Shown here piece by piece: positions 51,894-60,453 of a DNA stretch of 64,000 bases; within the stretch, counting starts at the first letter, position 1, and each line of letters begins with the position of its first letter. The notes under the pieces are model-generated. The model saw only the letters and a list, made by a program, of their open reading frames with translations, did not search any database and was not told the origin of the DNA. Both the position numbers and the translations under genes were made by a program. The DNA lies in contig CAWIYV010000004.1 in assembly GCA_963840455.1 (NCBI GenBank), positions 165,809 to 229,808 of the forward strand. Reading direction: 5' to 3'. Source of the DNA: Nitrospirota bacterium (GTDB lineage Bacteria > Nitrospirota > UBA9217).

Positions 51894-51923
51894 CTCTCAA
51901 GACGTTCTGAAGGGTATCACACG

Positions 51924-52577
51924 ATGCTGCTAAATATCGACCAAGCACTTTATGCCAAATTCAAAAAACATAGCCCCGAGGGTGGCTATAGAAAAAAAGA
52001 ATATGAGAACAAGCCTGTTCAAGCCATTTCTGAGATCGTCCAGTTGGGATATTTGGACGTAAATCGTACCCTCCGAGGCATTGAACTAGAGCAAAGTCGA
52101 ATATTTAAAGACACTGTCATTTCTTTCATAAACAACTTACTGGCCAGTCCGCCCGAAAACCAAGAAGACTTTGACCTCTTGCATCGTACATGCTGCGAGA
52201 AATGTCTTGATTCTCAGGGCAGAGCACAAATCCACTATGGCCAAGCTCAAAAGCTTCTCAATATGTCGCTGAAATATCTATACAACGAGTATGCTGTCTA
52301 CCGAGGAAAGGTAAATCAGTTTCGATTTCCAGATAACAACCTTGAGCATTTCTTCCACCTACCGATAGACAGTCAGATCCGAGATTTCCTGACTGACAAT
52401 TGTCATTTCATAGCCCCAGCTCGTCTGCCATGGTCACAATGGAATTATGAACATTACATCTCTTTTCAATGTCAACTTCGACAACGTCTTAACCCGCAAT
52501 ATAGCCCGCTGGAAATCGACTACATGTTGTGGAACACTAAAGGCGCATCCGTAGATAATGCAATTGTCGTCAAATAG
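51924..52577 (+). CDS. Integron cassette 1 hypothetical protein
   Basis: Low-GC ORF bounded by attI and attC; GQAQKLLN..LKY and HLPID motifs. Confidence 0.75.
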   Translation: MLLNIDQALYAKFKKHSPEGGYRKKEYENKPVQAISEIVQLGYLDVNRTLRGIELEQSRIFKDTVISFINNLLASPPENQEDFDLLHRTCCEKCLDSQGRAQIHYGQAQKLLNMSLKYLYNEYAVYRGKVNQFRFPDNNLEHFFHLPIDSQIRDFLTDNCHFIAPARLPWSQWNYEHYISFQCQLRQRLNPQYSPLEIDYMLWNTKGASVDNAIVVK

Positions 52578-52637
52578 GCCCAACCCAACGCTCAAGCGGG
52601 ACGCGCCTTCGGCGCGCCCCTTAGCTTCGTATTAAAT
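52578..52637 (+). other. attC site 1 (core GTT mutated to ATT)
   Basis: GCCCAAC-CCAAC-GCTCAAGCGGGACGCGCC-TTC-GGCGCGCCCCTTAGC-TTCGT-ATTAAAT. Confidence 0.8.
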
Positions 52638-52910
52638 CTGCTATACATAAGGCGATGCGATGATATCTGAAAAGCCTGAGAGCAATAACATATATACCAG
52701 AATGGGCTTGTTTGCTCTTATCGGATTCATAGTATTCTTTTGCGGATCATGGATTGGTTTGTCCCAGATTAACGGTGATCAGGCGGCACAGAACCCCTGT
52801 GCCGGTCCATCGGTCTTGTATTTGGAGCATTAGCGAGTTTGGCTCGTAGAAAACAGTAATATACCAATCAACTTCCCTTCCTTTTCGCGTTACCCCCCGG
52901 ATAATTCAAT

Positions 52911-52947
52911 TTGACAAAGCATTATTTAATATTTACAATGTAAATAT
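52911..52947 (+). promoter_or_regulatory. Sigma70 promoter with overlapping palindromic operator (TA autorepression)
   Basis: TTGACA-N17-TACAAT; ATATTTACA-A-TGTAAATAT; ATG 6 nt after the -10. Confidence 0.8.
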
Positions 52948-53230
52948 GAACTTGACCTTCGTTTGGGTCAAGGAAAAGAGCGCATCGAACCAAAAGAATC
53001 ATGGTGTCTCTTTCGAAGAGGCACAGACTGTATTTCTTGATGAGAATGCATTGATGATACATGATCCGGACCATTCCGCAGACGAGGGTCGCTTTGTCAT
53101 CCTGGGATTAAGCATTAAGTTCAGAGTTTTGGTTGTTTGTCACTGCTATCGAAAAAGCAATGAGGTTATAAGAATCATATCCGCTCGAAAAGCGACCCGG
53201 TCAGAACAGAAAGGATATTGGGAAAGGTGA
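52946..53230 (+). CDS. BrnT family toxin
   Basis: F.W...K...N.KNHGVSFEEA, IRIISARKAT. Confidence 0.92.
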   Translation: MNLTFVWVKEKSASNQKNHGVSFEEAQTVFLDENALMIHDPDHSADEGRFVILGLSIKFRVLVVCHCYRKSNEVIRIISARKATRSEQKGYWER

Positions 53231-53235
53231 TCAAA

Positions 53236-53451
53236 ATGAGAAAAGAATACGATTTTTCAAAAGCACAAAAGAATCCATATGCGCGCCGACTGAAGCGACA
53301 AGTTACACTCCGGATGGATGAAGGCACAATAAGCTATTTCAAAGCTCTGGCACAAGAGATCGGCGTGCCCTATCAAACATTGATAAATCTTTACCTCCGA
53401 GATTGTGCAGCCTCGCACAAGAAGCTGGCACTTCAATGGAAAACCGCATAA
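53236..53451 (+). CDS. BrnA family antitoxin
   Basis: MRKEYDFS..NPY, VTLRMD, PYQTLIN. Confidence 0.9.
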   Translation: MRKEYDFSKAQKNPYARRLKRQVTLRMDEGTISYFKALAQEIGVPYQTLINLYLRDCAASHKKLALQWKTA

Positions 53452-53453
53452 AG

Positions 53454-53504
53454 GTTTAACCAATCATTCGAGCCGCCCAAGGGCGGCTCAACTCGTCGTT
53501 ATGC
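53454..53504 (+). other. attC site 2 (short, 51 bp)
   Basis: GTTTAAC-CAATC-ATTCGAGCCGCCC-AA-GGGCGGCTCAAC-TCGTC-GTTATGC. Confidence 0.8.
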
Positions 53505-53532
53505 ACCCTTCTAACCCGAGAGGCCCTAGCTA

Positions 53533-53982
53533 ATGGCAAACCAACTTTTCTTCGCGTGTCTCATGCTTGCTACAGGCATTGGTATCCCTGTTATGGCGGC
53601 GCTAAGCGCAACGTTGGGCACCAAGTACGGAAGCCCAGCGTTCGCCGCCTCTGTCTTGTTTCTGGTAGCGCTGTCTATTTCGGTTGCTTTCCTTTTCGCT
53701 GTAGAGGGTGGCCTGAGGCCATTCCCGAAAACATCGCTGCCGTTCTATTTCTACTTAGGCGGTGTGTTCGTAGCCTTTTACGTCCTCAGCGTCACCTGGG
53801 TAGCCCCACAATTCGGTGTCGGAAATGCTGTGGCTTTTGTACTTCTAGGCCAGCTCATATCCATGGCGGCCATAGATCAATTCGGGCTGTTGGGTGCTCC
53901 AACGCATGCCATCACTTTTCAGAGGTCTATCGGTCTCATTCTGATGTCGGTCGGCGTGTTTTTGGCCGTACGCCGCGGATAA
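53533..53982 (+). CDS. DMT family (YdcZ-like) membrane protein, cassette
   Basis: Five TM segments, GG..., GQL....IDQFG; ends in GGATAAC inverse core. Confidence 0.85.
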   Translation: MANQLFFACLMLATGIGIPVMAALSATLGTKYGSPAFAASVLFLVALSISVAFLFAVEGGLRPFPKTSLPFYFYLGGVFVAFYVLSVTWVAPQFGVGNAVAFVLLGQLISMAAIDQFGLLGAPTHAITFQRSIGLILMSVGVFLAVRRG

Positions 53983-53983
53983 C

Positions 53984-54196
53984 ATGCGATCAATTCATCG
54001 GCACATCAAGGAAATAGCGAAAAAAGAAGGGGTATCCATCAACCAGTTTATTTCCTCGGCGGTTGCTGAAAGAATATCTGCGTTGATGACGGAAGACTAC
54101 CTGGAAGGCCGAGCAAAAAAAGCGAAGCGCGAAGACTTCAAGAAAATATTAGCAAAGGTTCCTGCGAGAAAACCCCTGCCCGGTGATGAGTTGTAG
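53984..54196 (+). pseudogene. N-terminally truncated RHH/HicB-like antitoxin
   Basis: SIHRHIKEIAKKEGVSINQFISSAVAE lacks the usual N-terminal beta-strand; fused to a truncated attC. Confidence 0.6.
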
Positions 54197-54199
54197 TAG

Positions 54200-54233
54200 C
54201 ATTAACGAGTCGTTCGAGTACTCGTCGTTCTCC
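54200..54233 (+). other. Collapsed attC remnant
   Basis: TAAC-GAGTC-GTTCGAGT/ACTCGTC-GTT, same ends as attC2 without the middle. Confidence 0.55.
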
Positions 54234-54271
54234 CCTCGCTCCGCGACGAGAGAACGCCTTCTAGAGTCAAT

Positions 54272-54811
54272 ATGCGAATCGCCATTTCAGGTACTCATTT
54301 TTCAGGCAAGTCGTCGCTGGTCCAGGCGCTGTCCGAAGCGCTACCGAAGTATACGACCGTAGATGAACCATACCACCTCTTGCAGGAGGAAGGGTATGAG
54401 TTTGCCGAGCTACCCTCTATCGAGGACTTCGAACTACAGCTTGAGCGAGCCATCGAGAGCCTGGATGAGACCTTATCGAATGTCATTTTTGACCGATGTC
54501 CTGCAGACATTCTATGCTACCTGCTTTCGCATACCGACGCCGAAGCATTTAACCTCGAGGAGTGGCTACCTCGCGTTCAAACTGCGATAAAGAAACTGGA
54601 TCTAGTCGTTTTCTTACCTATCGAAGAGCCAGATCGGATAGTGCTCCCGCTGTCGCAGGACGCAGTGTACAGGCAGCGTGTGGACGAAAAGCTACGAGAG
54701 GTCGTCCTGGAGAATATATTCGACTTCGAGGTGGATGTGCTGGAGGTTTCAGGCAATCCGCAGACACGCGTTGAACGAGTCTTGGCCTATATCGCTAACG
54801 AGGGCGCTTGA
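54272..54811 (+). CDS. AAA/NadR-like P-loop ATPase, cassette
   Basis: SGTHFSGKS, FDRCPAD. Confidence 0.8.
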   Translation: MRIAISGTHFSGKSSLVQALSEALPKYTTVDEPYHLLQEEGYEFAELPSIEDFELQLERAIESLDETLSNVIFDRCPADILCYLLSHTDAEAFNLEEWLPRVQTAIKKLDLVVFLPIEEPDRIVLPLSQDAVYRQRVDEKLREVVLENIFDFEVDVLEVSGNPQTRVERVLAYIANEGA

Positions 54812-54833
54812 CGTTGTTACCGCAGCTCAGTCG

Positions 54834-54864
54834 GTAGGTCGCGTAGAACGCAGTGAAACCCAGC
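54834..54864 (+). repeat. GTAG-type REP-like sequence
   Basis: GTAGGTCGCGTAGAACGCAGTGAAACCCAGC. Confidence 0.5.
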
Positions 54865-54936
54865 AATGATTCTAACGAGGCGGGTCCACAGCGGCGCACC
54901 AAAGGCGGCGCGTCAGCCGCATGTTCACCCTCTCCC

Positions 54937-55443
54937 TTATCGCTTCTTCGGCCACCACTCGGTCTTTTCCTGGAACTTGCCCACATGCATGCACCGGCTG
55001 ATCGTCACGAGCATCAGGGCGGTCGTTGGTGCGGCGATGAATGCTTCAAGCTCCTTGTGCTTGCTCGCCAGGAGCGTGGCCAGCGCCGCCCATCGAGGCC
55101 CTTCCTTGATCTCCTTCGCCCTGCCGAAGATGGTCATGGCCTCGGCCTTCAGATAATCTCGCCTGTTATTCTCCCGCGTATCGATCAAGAGCGAGACTTT
55201 GCTGTCCTTCTTCATGTTCCGGTACTTTGCCGTGGATGTTGGCGTCGCGAACACGATGCCCTTGCTGTCTTTCGTCAGCACAAAGGCGACGAGGCTCACC
55301 AGGGGGCCGGTCCTCCCTGTCGTCGCAAGGACCGCATGGCGCTGTGCCCGGTCGAGCCGCTTGAGCCGCGCGGGAACGTTCGCAGTTCCCTTGCTCGTAC
55401 TCGCCGGGACAGGTCCGCCTCCGGGCAAGACTTTTCGCCTCAC
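54937..55443 (-). CDS. Pyridoxamine 5'-phosphate oxidase family protein (start uncertain)
   Basis: AVLAT, FATP....KYRN, VSLLID. Confidence 0.8.
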   Translation of the reverse strand: MRRKVLPGGGPVPASTSKGTANVPARLKRLDRAQRHAVLATTGRTGPLVSLVAFVLTKDSKGIVFATPTSTAKYRNMKKDSKVSLLIDTRENNRRDYLKAEAMTIFGRAKEIKEGPRWAALATLLASKHKELEAFIAAPTTALMLVTISRCMHVGKFQEKTEWWPKKR

Positions 55444-55465
55444 TGTCCCAACTCGTTTGCCATTG

Positions 55466-55580
55466 TTGAAGCTCCCTGCAGCAAGCTGCAGGGAATCTTC
55501 GATCCTCAAGGTAGTATTATTCATTCTAATCGCTCGCTAACCCCGCAGCAAGCTACGCGGAATGCGCTCGCTCCTGGATT
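55466..55580 (+). mobile_element. MITE-like element II, best-preserved copy
   Basis: Two CCCYGCAGCAAGCTRC hairpins; shared ends TTGAAGC and CTCGCTCCTGGATT. Confidence 0.75.
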
Positions 55581-56956
55581 CATTTCAATCCCTTCACGTA
55601 GGCGATATAGGCTCTCACGTCGAACTTCGATTGACATCCCTTCTCGCTCATGTACCTGACCATACCAAAAACCTTGCGTTCGCCCCAGGGCCGGTCGTGC
55701 ACGCCGCCGATGCTCCAGGCGATGCCGGCGTAGCCGTTCGGATCACGTCCATCAAGCTCGTATTTGTCGTTCAGATAGATCGCGGTCTTCATAGCTCCCG
55801 CAGGCGATCGACTCCACTCAAGGATCTTCTTTGCCCAGTACATCCGGAGATAGCCATGCATCTTGCCCCGCTTCACCATCTCGAGCTGGGCGGCATTCCA
55901 GAGGTCGTCGTGGGTCCGCGCCTCTTCGAACTCCTTCAGCGTATATACCTGTTCGCGCTTGTCCCCCAGGTGCCGAGCGAGCGTCCTCTGTGCCCAGGCC
56001 GGGAACCCCTTCGGACCATCATAGTCGGGAGCATAAAAACAGAAATTGTCCGAAAGCTCCCGACGGACAATGAGCTCCTCGAGAAATGCCTCCCGTGATG
56101 TCTCGCGCACATCAGCACGCAGCACCTCCAGCGCGACGCGTTGGGCGGACAGCTGGCCGAAATGGAGGTAGGGAGACAGGTTGGACTGGCCGCCCCGGTT
56201 CGGATCGTTCCGGTCGTCGTCGTACCCGTCCAGCGTCGTGGCAATGAACCGCTTGAACGCCCGTAGCGCGGCCCGCTCACCGGGTATGATCCAGCTCACC
56301 TCACCTGCTGAGATGTCGAGCATACGTCTTCGGTGGACCCTGCTCCAGTCCGTTTTGACGGTGCTCACCGGCCAAAGGTGCGGGTGTTTTTTGATGCGCG
56401 GGAGGTCGGTAAGATAAGAAGAAAGAAGTCTCTGCAGCCTGGGCCGAAGGGTGTACGCTCCGTATTCCATTTTCGGCGATGCGGTCCAGCAGGGAACGAT
56501 ATTGTGAGCGTCGACCTCGTGGAACGGAAAGCGAATGGCGCGGGCCACAGAGTTCTTCCATGCGCGCTTGATCTTCAAGGGATCGAAGTCGGCTACGAGA
56601 AGACCCGCTTTGTTCTTGTTCAGGAACGCCGGCAGCACCGTACGCGGCTCTCCCGTTAGAAGGAAGAACGGGATGCCCTTCGCTGCGAGACCATGCTCCA
56701 CCTCCTCCAATCCCCGCAGCATGAACCCATACTGGCGGGCCGTTGCACCAAGGAACTCGGGCACCAGACAAAAGGCCACGGCGAGCGGGGCACGGTGACG
56801 CAGCGCCAGGTCCTGGGCATGGAGGAGCGCCCAATTGTCGCGGACACGCTGGTCCCTGCTCATCCAGTAGACCACAGGGCCGGCAGCCGGATCGCCGGGC
56901 CGGAGGATGCGAACGCGTGAAGGATCAACGAGGCTGGGGTTGAAAGGAGGGTTCAC
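55580..56956 (-). CDS. phr: Class II CPD photolyase (start uncertain)
   Basis: YWMSRDQR..DNWAL, SNLSPYLHFG, GKMHGYLRMYWAKKILEW, LDGRDPNG. Confidence 0.93.
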   Translation of the reverse strand: MNPPFNPSLVDPSRVRILRPGDPAAGPVVYWMSRDQRVRDNWALLHAQDLALRHRAPLAVAFCLVPEFLGATARQYGFMLRGLEEVEHGLAAKGIPFFLLTGEPRTVLPAFLNKNKAGLLVADFDPLKIKRAWKNSVARAIRFPFHEVDAHNIVPCWTASPKMEYGAYTLRPRLQRLLSSYLTDLPRIKKHPHLWPVSTVKTDWSRVHRRRMLDISAGEVSWIIPGERAALRAFKRFIATTLDGYDDDRNDPNRGGQSNLSPYLHFGQLSAQRVALEVLRADVRETSREAFLEELIVRRELSDNFCFYAPDYDGPKGFPAWAQRTLARHLGDKREQVYTLKEFEEARTHDDLWNAAQLEMVKRGKMHGYLRMYWAKKILEWSRSPAGAMKTAIYLNDKYELDGRDPNGYAGIAWSIGGVHDRPWGERKVFGMVRYMSEKGCQSKFDVRAYIAYVKGLK

Positions 56957-57311
56957 CAGGACATTGTAGCGTATGGGCCTGATGGAATCAATCCCGTAAT
57001 CCGAGCGACAGGACAACGATAGTTCTTAATAGGCTTTTAAAAGTGATCAAGTCTGATAGGAGTCGGATTACCTCGAATTATTCTTCAGGAGGCAGTTCAT
57101 AGGGCAGGTGAATTTTTACTAAAGACGTTATACGCTTTTATCAGGCTAGCAATCCCTTTCTCACGTGTCCATATGACTTTTCCAGGATGATGGCATTTAG
57201 GGACCGGGCCGGACAAGTAAAAGGCGGAGCACATCAGCGCCTCTCAGGGCTACTTTCATATGCTCCGCCTTCCTTTACCATGCACGCGCATGGCATGTGC
57301 TTCGCGGCAGT

Positions 57312-57548
57312 TTACCGCTTGGTCATTTTCTTCTGGATATCCAGCACCTGTTCAAGTTCCCTGGGCTCCACAGCGCCGATGCGAACGAGGATCTCTCCGA
57401 TGAGCCCCTTGCTGTGCTTCTGGTGCTCCAGGGCGAAATCGAGGTCCTGCGGAATGATATATTCTTCCGCCATCAGCAACGAACCGATCGGTGGGACCCC
57501 TGATGGGTGCGACATATTGTCCTTGTTGTCCTTGCTCTGAGCTGACAT
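57312..57548 (-). CDS. Stand-alone MshEN-like small protein
   Basis: Tandem IGxLLxxxxxIxxxxLxxALxxQ / IGEILxxxGxVxxxxLxxVLxxQ; GGAGG RBS. Confidence 0.65.
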   Translation of the reverse strand: MSAQSKDNKDNMSHPSGVPPIGSLLMAEEYIIPQDLDFALEHQKHSKGLIGEILVRIGAVEPRELEQVLDIQKKMTKR

Positions 57549-57807
57549 ATTTTATCCCTCCCTGTGTCCCCGGACGAGCCGGGAAGTTAGACCACATAAA
57601 TCTGTATTACGCATATTATAATGTTTTGCATTCGCCTTGTCAAGTAATTTATGTTATTACTAAATATAATGGTTTTTTTAACCAACACAATAAAGTGAGC
57701 ATGCGGAAAACGGCATTAACATATTGATTTATAACTATTTTATTTTATTTACGGTGTGGAAAACTGGTAGGAAAAAGACTGGGGTCCTCATTTCTATTGC
57801 TGTTCCA

Positions 57808-57900
57808 TCACGGTTTCTTCTCTTTTTTCGGCCTGTCGTTGTTCTCGTCCTTCTTCTTCTCCTGCTTTTTGTCCTTCTCCCCCCCCTGCTCGTCTGCCTT
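57808..57900 (-). repeat. Diverged duplicate of the lon-like 3' end
   Basis: Encodes KADEQGGEKDKKQEKKKDENNDRPKKEKKP*, versus KADEKGEKDKEEKKKEENNDVPKKEPERP* at 60454-60543. Confidence 0.8.
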
Positions 57901-58040
57901 GCGCTCCTTCTCTATTTCACCGCGCTGCCGTAGCCGCCGTCGTCAGCGATCATCCCTTCATGCAGCGTACAAACACTTTCCCGGCGACCGGTCCGATCCC
58001 CTCTCATTTGCTCATACACGTGCTCGATCACCGCGTCCCG

Positions 58041-59027
58041 CTACTGCGACAGCACGGAAGCAGCCTCCTGCGCGAAGATACCGTGAACCACCATTGTTGG
58101 ATGGATGCCGTCCCAAAACAGATAGTCGTCAGGCGTCTTGCAATCAAAAGGCGGGATATTGGGCGTCACGCATGCCGCGTCCACCACATCGAGTCCGTAA
58201 GCTTCGGGATCTGCCACCAGATCATTGACCTTCTTGAAGGCGTCAAGACGCTTGATCTCGATTCCCGGAAGCACCGAAAGAGAGACGAGGACATTATCGA
58301 GCCAGTAGTTAAAGCCATACCCTAAGCTTTCGACAGCCGCTCCGGCGCCGCCGGGAGGGATGCTGTCCAGTATGCGTATCGCCGGTGTCCACTTTAGATT
58401 TGGCGTGTTCCATACGAGAAATTTTCTCGCGCCGGCTGCATGCAAGGCTCCGATGCTCTTGCCGATCTGTTCGACCGCTTCATTGATGATCGCGATGGGA
58501 TTACCACCCGACGCGGCCGCCGCCAGGGCGTCGCGGACGTCATTCCCGCCGATCTCGATCACGTAGAGCGCATCGGAGGGCGCCTGGCCGCCTACATCGG
58601 CCAGGTACGCGCTCACCTGAACCGACAGATTGGCGTTCTTCCCGTCCTCGTACGCGCGGGCGCCGCCGACCGCGTAATTGGCTGCCTTGGAGCCGGATCC
58701 CTCGAACGCAGGTCGGACGCTCCCTGCCAGCCCTCGGGGCCGCGCGAACTGCTCGATCCAGGTGGCGCCGTTGCTGAAGTGGTGGCCGCCCTTCGCGTAT
58801 GGCGCGTCGGGAATGAGCAGCGCGTCAAGCGTGGCATAGGGAGGCGTGCTCTGTAAGCCCCGCAGCGCGAAGGCATTGCCGGTATCGGACAGGCTGTCCC
58901 CGAAGACCACGATGCTGCTGAAGGTCTTTCCTCCCGCGGCCCAAGCCGGCGCCGCCAGTGCGAGAACAAGCATAACGGCCAAGATCCATTGCAACGCTGA
59001 TGACTTCCTTAATGAATAGGTAACCAT
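58041..59027 (-). CDS. Secreted SGNH/GDSL hydrolase
   Basis: FGDSLSD.GN, NYAVGGA, GGND, WDGIHPT; signal peptide. Confidence 0.93.
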   Translation of the reverse strand: MVTYSLRKSSALQWILAVMLVLALAAPAWAAGGKTFSSIVVFGDSLSDTGNAFALRGLQSTPPYATLDALLIPDAPYAKGGHHFSNGATWIEQFARPRGLAGSVRPAFEGSGSKAANYAVGGARAYEDGKNANLSVQVSAYLADVGGQAPSDALYVIEIGGNDVRDALAAAASGGNPIAIINEAVEQIGKSIGALHAAGARKFLVWNTPNLKWTPAIRILDSIPPGGAGAAVESLGYGFNYWLDNVLVSLSVLPGIEIKRLDAFKKVNDLVADPEAYGLDVVDAACVTPNIPPFDCKTPDDYLFWDGIHPTMVVHGIFAQEAASVLSQ

Positions 59028-59164
59028 GGTATCTCTCCTTTACTGCACATGCAGATCTTTCTTGACTACAGGAACTTCCCCTTGTCTGAGCCGAACGATA
59101 GCAACCGCAGGCTTTTGATCCCTGGTTGTAAAAGAGAAAGGCCGATCATTCACAAAGGTCCCAT

Positions 59165-59250
59165 CCCTTCGGCAGTCCGGCCATCTTGATCGTTTAAGAT
59201 CCGCAGCTTTCCGTCCCTGCTTCACAGCGGGCTCGGCTTTTCGGTTACAG
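59165..59250 (-). ncRNA. c-di-GMP-I (GEMM-I) riboswitch
   Basis: CGAAAAGCCGAGCCCGCT-GTGA-AGCAGGGACGGAAAGCTGCGGATCTTAA..GATGGCCGGACTGCCGAA; aligns to Vc2 with G20. Confidence 0.88.
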
Positions 59251-59460
59251 CTTTCGTGGGATATTTGAAGTATAGCACTACAGCAGATTCGAGGATGGGA
59301 TATTTTAAGGGTATGCAGAATGTTTCCTGATTTTGTGTATGGGAATGCGTAAAACATTGAGTTCCGCAGAACTACAGGAACTAACGTCCAGAGACGATGT
59401 CCTGAACCGCGTAGCTGCGTATCGCTGCCGCCATATTCTCATCGCCGAACAACGATCGCT

Positions 59461-60285
59461 CTAGAACCGGACTGCCGCCCCGAACACGGTCTCCTTCGTG
59501 CTCATGCTCAGATCACCACTGCTGAAAAGCTGATCGACCTCCAGGTTCATGTTCATGCTGCGCACCTCCGCGAAAAGGTCCAGAAGGGAGAATCGCAGCG
59601 ACACGCCGAGAAGCCCGCCTACGCCGCTGCCCATCAGATCCGCCTCGAACGCATTCGTCGTGACACTGCCCGACGGCACAAAGGACAGGGCGATCCCCGC
59701 ATAGATGTTCACATGTCCATTCGGCAGGGATTCGGTCCGGAAGAAGCGGAGCCGTACCATTGGCATCAGAGACAATGCAATATAGTCCACGCTCGCAGGG
59801 ACGGCTCCCGGTCCGCCCGAAACGCCGTCAGCTTGGTACAGTGCTGAACTCCATGGCGATTCCAGATAGGGATACTTGTCCGCGCCCCACATGCCCCACC
59901 GTAATCCCATGACACTGGCGCTATTGAATCGGATATTCGCGGTTGTTGTCGTCGACCCACTGAACAGGAAGCCGGTCGAGGTGTACGTGGCCGTCGTATT
60001 GCCCGCCGATGAGGGTCCTCCGAAGAAGGCGAGATACTGCTCCAGCGTCTTGTGCCGACCCGTATGCCCTTTGTCATCGGTTGTCGGTGGAACCAATGCG
60101 GGGACGCTGCTGTCCCGGGCGGACGTTCCGCCTGATTCTCCTGGCCATAATTCCGCCGGCTGACTCGACGTCCCAGCGTCTTCCCGTTTCTCCTCCGCCA
60201 GGGCACTACCGGAGATTGAACCCGAGTGGATTCCAGGCAAGAACAAGAACAGAAGGACAAAAGTGGACCAGCCAAATGTGCGCAT
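59461..60285 (-). CDS. Outer-membrane beta-barrel protein
   Basis: Signal peptide, amphipathic strands, C-terminal VRF; possible compensating indels near 59850. Confidence 0.65.
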   Translation of the reverse strand: MRTFGWSTFVLLFLFLPGIHSGSISGSALAEEKREDAGTSSQPAELWPGESGGTSARDSSVPALVPPTTDDKGHTGRHKTLEQYLAFFGGPSSAGNTTATYTSTGFLFSGSTTTTANIRFNSASVMGLRWGMWGADKYPYLESPWSSALYQADGVSGGPGAVPASVDYIALSLMPMVRLRFFRTESLPNGHVNIYAGIALSFVPSGSVTTNAFEADLMGSGVGGLLGVSLRFSLLDLFAEVRSMNMNLEVDQLFSSGDLSMSTKETVFGAAVRF

Positions 60286-60453
60286 CTCATTGTCACGCAT
60301 GAACGACAGGATCGAACTCCTTCCGCTCACAAAGGACAGGGCGGCAGTTCGTACGCACATTCACGTCGTGCTCCCTGCGCGCGTATCACGTTGCAGCAAT
60401 CGCCTTTGTACGACGACCTCACTTGCTGCTGGATATGCTTCCTCCTGCTTCCG

